From positions 66,889,227 to 66,932,548 of the forward strand of contig NC_068984.1 in assembly GCF_001194135.2 (NCBI RefSeq): DNA of 43,322 nt. Direction: 5' to 3'. The translations under genes and the position numbers were made by a program. The DNA comes from Octopus bimaculoides (lineage: Eukaryota). Shown here one piece after another: positions 34,926-43,322 of this stretch (position 1 is its first letter; every line of letters begins with the position of its first letter). Under the pieces are notes generated by a model, which was given only the letters and a program-made list of their open reading frames with translations, was not told the origin of the DNA and ran no database searches.

Positions 34926-35724
34926 ATCGTTTCCAGCACTTATTTTTTAAGAACAGTACTAATTCTATTGATCTATTTTGATGAACCACATATAATGGGT
35001 TTTGAACAGTTTCTGTCCACTATTTTTTCTCTAAAGGTATTGGTCAGCAAGAGACAATAGTAAAGGCATGTACCTGTGGTGCTATATCCAAAACTATGTG
35101 GTTGCAAAACAAGCTTCTTAACCACAATATTACAGTGTATGTGTATTTTAAATGCTTAACATGACTCTACTTTGATGCTATAGTAAAATAATTCTTTAGC
35201 TAAAAGTAAGAGATTTCATTCATCTGTAAACATATCTGTTTTTAATGCAATGAACCATATGCTCCAACTTAATAACAGTTATCCTTCTGCCTAAGATATC
35301 AATAAAGAAATAATTCTGAAAACAAAGCAAAAACAGAATAAAAAAAACCCAGCTTCCCACCACCACCACAAAAAAAAAAAAAAACCTGAAAAAATACAAA
35401 GAATAATTGGAAACAGCAGACTAAGAGAAAAAATAAATACAAATGGTAAATTTTAATGGGTATAGATTTTGCTAGTCCAGCTACAAAAATGTGTATTGAT
35501 CTATTCCAGTGTTTATCTTTAAATTTCTGTTTGTTATTTCTCTTTAGCTTCATATTAGCCTGGCTCAAGCAGATCAATAGGGATTTAAAGAAAGGAGTTC
35601 TAAATTATGATACTGTCAGAAGCAAAAACACTGTCCTGGGGTTTAACTATAATAATAACACTTCTATAATTGTAACACTGAACAACAACCAGTCAGTTAG
35701 GAAATCTTTACATGATCACGCAAC

Positions 35725-35880
35725 TTATTAGAAATAATGGCCAAATCTTCTCAAACTACATTCTACTGTCTTAGAAAAAAAAAAGAGCGCATTGATAAAT
35801 GTAGTCCTAGCTACATTATGTCAGTAGAAAAAGAGATGTGATGGTTATGACTGAAACATTTTTGATCATTGATCACCTGA
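35725..35880 (-). repeat. Family F repeat copy
   Basis: TAGAAATAATGGCCAAATCT…CTACTGTCTTAGAAAA…GGTTATGACTGAAACATTTTTGATC. Confidence 0.6.
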
Positions 35881-35924
35881 AATGAACAACATTGAATACC
35901 ATAACATACATACATACATACATA

Positions 35925-36062
35925 CATCATCATCATAATTTAGCATCTGCTTTCCATGCTGGCATGGGTTAGATAGCTTGACTGGAACTGGTAAACCAGA
36001 GAGCTGCACCAAATTCCAGTCTGATTTGACATGGTTTCTACGGCTGGATGCCCTTCTTAACA
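35925..36062 (-). mobile_element. Family E (RTE-type) 3' terminus
   Basis: GCTTTCCATGCTGGCATGGGTT…TTTCTACGGCTGGATGCCCTTCTTAAC. Confidence 0.8.
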
Positions 36063-37110
36063 GCATATATATATGCACTAATCAGCTTAGAAGCTACTAA
36101 GGTATCAGGAAGAAAGACTTGTTACAGATTTTTCGTGTCACTGTTTTATGGGTCAGTTTTAATTTATAGACTAGTTTTATCAAATCCTTGTATATCTAAG
36201 GCCGAGAGAACAAGGGGCAGTGTCTGTTAGGGGTAGGGCTGAGAGAGTCGACAATGATTTATGATGTTACTTTGTTTCAATAATTTCATCAGACAAGGCC
36301 CTTTTCATGAACAGAGGTTAGTAGAACCTTGTTCTGACATACAGAGACGATGGAGACAGGATATGGATTCAATGTGCAGATTGATAGTAATATATTAACC
36401 AATAAGTGCCTAGTGGATATTTTACGAACACACGAAGAGATGAAACAACAAAGTCAGTTCCAATATGATTTTTAAAAAAGTAAAGTAAACTGTAAAAAAA
36501 CTATTGCAAAGCGTTTAGTCTAACATTTCTATTTCTGGTGTTCTGCTACTTTACAAAACAATTGATTACAAAGCTAAAGAATAATCAACACTTTTTATAT
36601 GGCTGCAGGTTATGAAGATCTCTGTGGAATCCATTTGTTCCATGTTCAGTCTCATCATATGGCATCTGGGGAAAATGTCTTACTGTATTCTCGAGTTGAT
36701 CAATACCTTTTGAGTGGTAGTGGGCCAATTGAAACTTCAGAAAATTGTTGTATACATGTGCACGCACACGCGTGCACACATTTGTGTATATGTATGTTAA
36801 TGGAAATCAGCATAAATATATCACCAACAAAATTTATGGCAGAAATGCCTTCTAAATTCACTGAGTTGACAGCATGACAACAATGTTAGGTTTATTACAA
36901 TTGCAGCAACACCTGTAACAAATCTTTCTTTCACTCTCTTTTTCTCTATCTTCATCAAATACTTTGACTCCATACATATAATTTTGTATTTCTTCTCCTT
37001 ATGATTAAAAAACTAAGCTTATGAAGATACTCACCTGTTCACTTGGGCTCTACTGTTTTGTTAACCCTTTTGATAGCAACCTCTTGAAGACAACCTCTGT
37101 TTATATGCTT

Positions 37111-37362
37111 GTGGAGGCATGTGGCTTAGTGGTTAGGATTTTGGACACATGATCATAAGATTGTGGTTTCGATTCCTGGAGCAGGCGATGTGTTGTGTTC
37201 TTCAGCAAAACACGTAATTTCACATTGCTCCAGTCCACTTAGATGGCAAAAATGAGCAATCCTGTGACAGACCAGCATCCCATCCAGGTGGAGAATTTAT
37301 ACACCATGGAAGCCAGGAAACCAGCCCATATGAGTTGGCACAACTTAAAACGGTAAATTTAT
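37111..37362 (+). mobile_element. tRNA-derived SINE with CORE-like and V-domain-like modules
   Basis: GTGGAGGCATGTGGCTTAGTGGTTAGG, GGTTTCGATTCC, CCTGTGACAGACCAGCATCCCATCCAGG. Confidence 0.85.
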
Positions 37363-37500
37363 CCTTGTTTATTGTTTACATGCTAGAAAACCTTGAACAT
37401 TAAAATGACAGGATTTAAATGAGAACTTTCTAACATAATATCATATAAGAACATTTTACTAATTTATGTTCTTAAAACAAAATTAATTGTGACAAAGTCA

Positions 37501-37708
37501 CAATTTTGGCACAAGGCCAGCAATTTTTAAGGAGGCATAAGTTGATTACATTGATCCCAGTGCTGTACTGGTACTTTATTTTATCAACACTGAAAGGGTG
37601 GAAGGCAAAGTCAACCTTGGCAGAATGGGAACTCAGAAAGTAAAGACGAATGAAATGTCACTAAGCATTTTACCCAGCATGCTAATGATTCTGTCAGCTT
37701 GCCACCTT
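37501..37708 (-). mobile_element. SINE family A
   Basis: TTTTGGCACAAGGCCAGC…GGCAAAGTCAACCTTGGCAG…GAACTCAG…GCCACCTT. Confidence 0.88.
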
Positions 37709-38159
37709 AACCAAGTTAGTAATTTTATTAAATCCCATTAAATTCTTGATTATTTTCAAAGCTAATTGAAAGACATAGACTGTGTGCTTTATTAGAATTA
37801 TGGGGAGATATTCACTTTTAACTCTGGCAAATTTTATATCAATATTTTCTCAATAGCTTAGTTCTGTTAAAAATTCCTCTTGAGAGTTAAAATAACATAT
37901 ATATCTACATATATTGATTTCTTTTGACTGCTGGAGATATTGATTTCTCTTTAATATATTTACATATTTAAAAACTACCCTACTTCATGCACCCCCAACC
38001 ACTTTGGAAAATAAAAAATTAATAAATAAAATTTGTTGACCTTCATTTCTCACATAAAATCTACTTTTGATCTCATAGGAAGGCATCTACCTTGCATGAG
38101 AAAAAATTAAGGAGAATTAAATTTCACATCCTCTTTGCAATTGATTGATTGATCTACAT

Positions 38160-38335
38160 GAAACAGCAACCAAATCTCCTTTGAATTCCTGCTTGCTGTC
38201 TTAAAATAACAGGACATACTGGATAAAATAACCAACTTCATTATTTGAAAAAAGAGAAAAAATACATAACATTGTCATAGCTGGAAGGCTTTTCTTTGGT
38301 CATAGGTGTGCTTGATCAGACCTGAATTTTATTCA
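38160..38335 (-). repeat. Family F repeat copy
   Basis: AACAGCAACCAAATCTCC…GTCATAGCTGGAAGGCTTT…TGCTTGATCAGACCTG. Confidence 0.65.
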
Positions 38336-38944
38336 GCTATTGTTTACCTACTGCTAGATGAAGCCTCAGCATGCTATTAACTATGATGGTTGTAGGCCAA
38401 CCTCTCCACTGACAGAGTGCTTCCATGGCTGAACAATTAGCTCTGGTCATTGATAGCTTGGTGAAATTTGAATTCAAAATTCAAAGAACCAGAATAGATA
38501 CCATGAAGCATCTCATTCACTGATCTAACAATTCTGCTGATCCACTGTCCTGTCATAGAATGGTACTTTATTTATTGACCTTGGAAAAAAGAAATGCAAA
38601 GTTGTCATTGATAGGATTCGAACTCTAAACACAGAGCACTGGAAAAGATACTATAAAGAAATTTTAACTGATGCTTTAATGACTTTTTCAAATGTGCCAC
38701 CTGCTAACAATTTGATTTTAGGCTAAATATAAACAGCAGCAACAATAATCAAAGACTTTATTAGAGAAATTAAAGAAATTGTCATCTGAGCATAGCATAA
38801 TTAGAAGGGAAATCGCTTGCTGCTATTTTCATTACTGTGCAAGCCATTCTAATTCATTCCCATTGCAAAAGTACATGAATAGATAGTATGAATCTCACAG
38901 CCACTCAAATTTCTTCCTACTTTTCTTTCATATCATTATTTAGC

Positions 38945-39146
38945 CCCATAAACTGGCAGAATCATTAGCATGCCTAGTGGCATTTCATCTGTCTTTATGT
39001 TCTGAGTTCAAATTCCGCTAAGAGCTACTTTTTCATTCATCTTTTTGGGGTTGATAAAATAAGTAGCAGTTGAACACTGCAGTCAATGTAATCAATTTAA
39101 CCCCTTCCCTGAAACTGCAGGCTTTGTGACAAAATTTGAAACCATT
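38945..39146 (+). mobile_element. SINE family A
   Basis: CTGGCAGAATCATTAGCA…GAGTTCAAATTCCGC…GGGGTTGATAAAATAAGTA…AAATTTGAAACCATTATT. Confidence 0.85.
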
Positions 39147-39531
39147 ATTTAGCTCTAGGACAGGATTGATCCTGTAGACCTGTGAGCCAAGATATTCCGA
39201 CTGTGGCCATCTTGTATTTTCTAGGTAATATACTATATTGTCCATTATGTACAGGTTTTTATTAAAACACATAATGTATTTAAGGGAATTTGGTCATTAT
39301 TTCTAGCAGACCAAGTGTCTAGGAAGAGGCTTCCTTATTGGTTCAGCTTCAGGTGTTATATGTACATACGTACAAAATCAATATAAAATTAAAGAGAATA
39401 AGTAATTACTTGGTCAGAAGTAACTGATTGTTTAGATTCTAAAACTGGAATCCTGTCATTAATAGTAGACTGATTATATATAAACATATCTACATAAACA
39501 CTCACAGACACATGCACACATACACACGCAT

Positions 39532-39574
<43 letters not shown>

Positions 39575-40184
39575 NNNNNNNNNNNNNNNNNNNNNNNNNN
39601 NNNNNNNNNNNNNNNNNNNNNNNNNNNNNNNNNNNNNNNNNNNNNNNNNNNNNNNNNNNNNNNNNNNNNNNNNNNNNNNNNNNNNNNNNNNNNNNNNNNN
39701 NNNNNNNNNNNNNNNNNNNNNNNNNNNNNNNNNNNNNNNNNNNNNNNNNNNNNNNNNNNNNNNNNNNNNNNNNNNNNNNNNNNNNNNNNNNNNNNNNNNN
39801 NNNNNNNNNNNNNNNNNNNNNNNNNNNNNNNNNNNNNNNNNNNNNNNNNNNNNNNNNNNNNNNNNNNNNNNNNNNNNNNNNNNNNNNNNNNNNNNNNNNN
39901 NNNNNNNNNNNNNNNNNNNNNNNNNNNNNNNNNNNNNNNNNNNNNNNNNNNNNNNNNNNNNNNNNNNNNNNNNNNNNNNNNNNNNNNNNNNNNNNNNNNN
40001 NNNNNNNNNNNNNNNNNNNNNNNNNNNNNNNNNNNNNNNNNNNNNNNNNNNNNNNNNNNNNNNNNNNNNNNNNNNNNNNNNNNNNNNNNNNNNNNNNNNN
40101 NNNNNNNNNNNNNNNNNNNNNNNNNNNNNNNNNNNNNNNNNNNNNNNNNNNNNNNNNNNNNNNNNNNNNNNNNNNNNNNNNNNN

Positions 40185-40735
40185 GGAAAGGTATGCATAA
40201 GTGGGCTGGCTACATCCCTGGCAGAGGCCTTGGATTTTGGTCTCACTTGGCTTGCCGGGTCTTCTCACGCACAGCATATTTCCAAAGGTCTCGGTCAGAA
40301 GTCATTACCTCGGTGAGGCCTAATGTTCAGAGGTCATGCTTCACCACCTCACCCCAGGTCTTCCTGGGCCTGCTTCTTCCACAGGTTCCCTCAACCGCTA
40401 GGGTGTGGCACTTTTCCACACAGCTATCCTCATCCATTCTCGCCACATGACCATACCAGCGCAATTGTCTCTCTTGCACACTATAACTGATGCTTCTTAT
40501 GTCCAACTTTTCTCTCAAGATACTTACACTCTGTCGAGTATGCACACTGACATTACACATCCATTGGAGCATACTGGCTTCATTTCTTGCGAGCTTACGC
40601 ATGTCCTCAGCAGTCACGGCCCATGTTTCACTGCCATGCGTCATACAGTCTGCCTTTTACACAGTGAGAGGTCCTTTGTCACCAGCAGAGGTAAGAGCTC
40701 TCTGAACTTTGCCCAGGGTATTCTTATTCTAGCAT
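40185..40735 (-). mobile_element. RTE-clade LINE 3' fragment, 5'-truncated at a (TA)n tract
   Basis: Minus strand ARIRIPWAKFRELLPLLVTK, HGSETWAV…QLRWYGHVARM…GTCGRSRPRKTW…HDL*TLGLTEVMTSDRDLWKYAVREKTRQAK; CpG-rich, so relatively young. Confidence 0.92.
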
Positions 40736-41261
40736 TTATATACATATATATATGTATATAAATATATATGTATAAGTATATATATATATATATATATACA
40801 TATATAAATATATATATATATATACATACACATATACACATACATACACAGGCAGACAGAAACATATATAAACTTGCCTTTATCTTTACGTGCAAGTATT
40901 TATGTATATCTGTATAAATATATATGTGGTGTAAAGAATATGTTAGAAAGAAGATTCAGCACAAAAGTCACCAGACCATATACATATATATTAGAAGATA
41001 TTAATTTCCAATGTCTCTAGATTTGAAGGATTGTGTTTAACAACCCTCATCGAATTAATATAACTAAACCATCACTTGCGTCACCCAGAGAAAGTTTTGA
41101 GATTTAGCTTCCGCAAAAATCAGATCACTATTTCTTCAAACGAATGTTGCCTGTTTAAACAAAATATATTTATAGTTAATCAATTGAAACAAGGTACCTA
41201 GAACACAAAATATTTTGTGGTTTCTTTCACCATTTTTGCCTTTAAGTATTAGCAAAATACA

Positions 41262-41294
<33 letters not shown>

Positions 41295-41358
41295 CATTTA
41301 TATATACCTACATCTGTGTCTATGAGAATTGTATATACATACACTCACACAAACAGAT

Positions 41359-41423
<65 letters not shown>

Positions 41424-41624
41424 TATACTAGCATACTACCTGTTAAAAATCATGCTGTTTTTTCTTCCTCCTTTCAGCAATTCATAAAGTTTCGTTACAA
41501 CTCTTGTGTCAGTTTTTGTATTTCATTTTGTCCTTTTGCCATTAGATGTTTCATACTTCCCTACACACTCTGTAATTAGTGCCACTACCTCACATTCTTT
41601 CTTATTTTTCTTCTTTCTCTCACC

Positions 41625-41664
<40 letters not shown>

Positions 41665-41883
41665 GCGTTCAAGACATACACACTTCACGTCTGGCTGTAC
41701 AACCTTTTTGTTTGTTTAATTCACCGTTTCATCTTCCTGTCTTGTTTTCCGTCCGCCACTACCCTCTGCGAAAACAATTTAATTTGTGTTCGTGGGAAGA
41801 ACCATTTTAACGATGCGTACTGCCTTAATTCTTCAAAACGCCGGAGTTTTAATGGTGGCAGCTGATGAAGGGGATGTTTCTAT

Positions 41884-42025
41884 GTGACCTGCTTGTTTGT
41901 TGCACCTTGTTTACCATTTTGTCCTTGTTCTTTTGCCACGTCATGTACCCAGTTATATATCTATATGTACATGTAGATGAACGTATATACATACATGTAC
42001 ATATATATGCATATACTCATATATT

Positions 42026-42062
<37 letters not shown>

Positions 42063-42630
42063 NNNNNNNNNNNNNNNNNNNNNNNNNNNNNNNNNNNNNN
42101 NNNNNNNNNNNNNNNNNNNNNNNNNNNNNNNNNNNNNNNNNNNNNNNNNNNNNNNNNNNNNNNNNNNNNNNNNNNNNNNNNNNNNNNNNNNNNNNNNNNN
42201 NNNNNNNNNNNNNNNNNNNNNNNNNNNNNNNNNNNNNNNNNNNNNNNNNNNNNNNNNNNNNNNNNNNNNNNNNNNNNNNNNNNNNNNNNNNNNNNNNNNN
42301 NNNNNNNNNNNNNNNNNNNNNNNNNNNNNNNNNNNNNNNNNNNNNNNNNNNNNNNNNNNNNNNNNNNNNNNNNNNNNNNNNNNNNNNNNNNNNNNNNNNN
42401 NNNNNNNNNNNNNNNNNNNNNNNNNNNNNNNNNNNNNNNNNNNNNNNNNNNNNNNNNNNNNNNNNNNNNNNNNNNNNNNNNNNNNNNTGTGGCCTGCTTG
42501 TTTGTTGCACCTTGTTTACCATTTTGTCCTTGTTCTTTTGCCACGTCATGTACCCAGTTATATATCTATATGTACATGTAGATGAACGTATATACATACA
42601 TGTACATATATATGCATATACTCATATATT

Positions 42631-42670
<40 letters not shown>
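41884..42670. other. ~180-bp sequence duplicated on both sides of the gap 42063-42488 (probable assembly artefact)
   Basis: 41884-42062 equals 42489 onward except one base at the contig edge and the (TA)n length. Confidence 0.8.
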
Positions 42671-42674
<4 letters not shown>

Positions 42675-42824
42675 CATTTGCTTTTTACCGCTCACTATTT
42701 TCAGTCATTGCACTATGGCCATGCTTTCCTCAACATATTTGTCTCTCATTCAAAATCTGTCTCCATCTCTTCCCTTCCTTTCATACTGTCCCTTTCACCA
42801 CTTCTATATCATATACAAATCTCT

Positions 42825-42877
42825 TTGCCTCTGTCTCTCTCTGTCTCTCTCTGTCTCTCTCTCTCTCTCTCTCTCCC
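42825..42877. repeat. (CT)n/(CTGT) microsatellite in a pyrimidine-rich stretch
   Basis: Direct reading. Confidence 0.9.
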
Positions 42878-43277
42878 TATTATTCAAATTTCTGTTATTT
42901 CAATGCCTTACATTCATAATTCCTCTCCCTCATGAAGAGCTCTATTTTTCTCCTTCTCACCTTATTTCTCTTCCTCATCCTATCTTTTTCCATCTCACAC
43001 TTACTTCCAATCCCTACTTTATTTCTCTTTCTGCTCACTTGATTGTTAGATGACAGTTAACTATTTCTTTTTCTTTTTCCATTCCATTCTGTCAATCTTT
43101 CACCTAACCATTTATTTATCTAATCTATTTTTCTTTATCTCAGTTCTACCTCTCTCAGTCCAGCTGTTGCTTTCTTCTGCCATGCAAGGGAGAGGAAACC
43201 CCCCAAAAATTAAATAAATAAAAAATAAAAATGGACATGTGACTTGGTTGGCATTTTGAATATAAAAAGTGTGTATA

Positions 43278-43322
<45 letters not shown>

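Noticed and set aside
36585-36779. Protein-like ORFs on both strands (minus FQLAHYHSKG…, plus MAAGYEDLCG…) as an exon
   Set aside because: No recognisable homology, weak splice context and no partner exons; it cannot be excluded without RNA-seq.
36913-37096. Minus-strand donor CAG|GTGAGT (37035/37034), acceptor at 36913-36914, and an EVAIKR kinase-like peptide
   Set aside because: All three frames of the putative exon contain stops, and the acceptor has a purine-rich rather than polypyrimidine tract.
41862-41900. CTGATGA as a hammerhead core
   Set aside because: No GAAA and no pairing stem downstream.
41884-42670. Biological ~180-bp duplication flanking a gap
   Set aside because: Essentially identical copies on both sides of an N gap are typical of an unmerged contig overlap.

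Overview
AT-rich, repeat-saturated eukaryotic non-coding DNA with five assembly gaps. The SINE families and very high microsatellite load look like a coleoid cephalopod, most likely Octopus; this is an inference from repeat content, not a database match. I found no host-gene exon I can support, so the window is probably intronic or intergenic, and nearly all ORFs in the supplied track are microsatellite, gap or repeat artefacts. Supported content: a dead ~1.25 kb Tc1/mariner element with a DD36E triad (1-1234); three hAT-type MITEs with TIRs and 8-bp TSDs; decayed LINE fragments (RTE at 5.6-5.8, 22.3-22.85, 32.3-33.7 and 40.2-40.7 kb; R4/Dong-like at 26.1-27.3 kb); several modular tRNA-derived SINE families; a ~540-bp (AAT)n-flanked element; and many simple repeats. 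The best second-look items are a type I hammerhead ribozyme fold (23127-23200), a 66-bp-arm near-perfect hairpin (27922-28063), a ~50-nt 28S rRNA fragment inside a SINE (9704-9755), the DD36E spacing, and the link between (TAA)n tracts, the R4/Dong fragment and the ~540-bp element. Edges of old repeats are approximate (about +/-10-30 bp).
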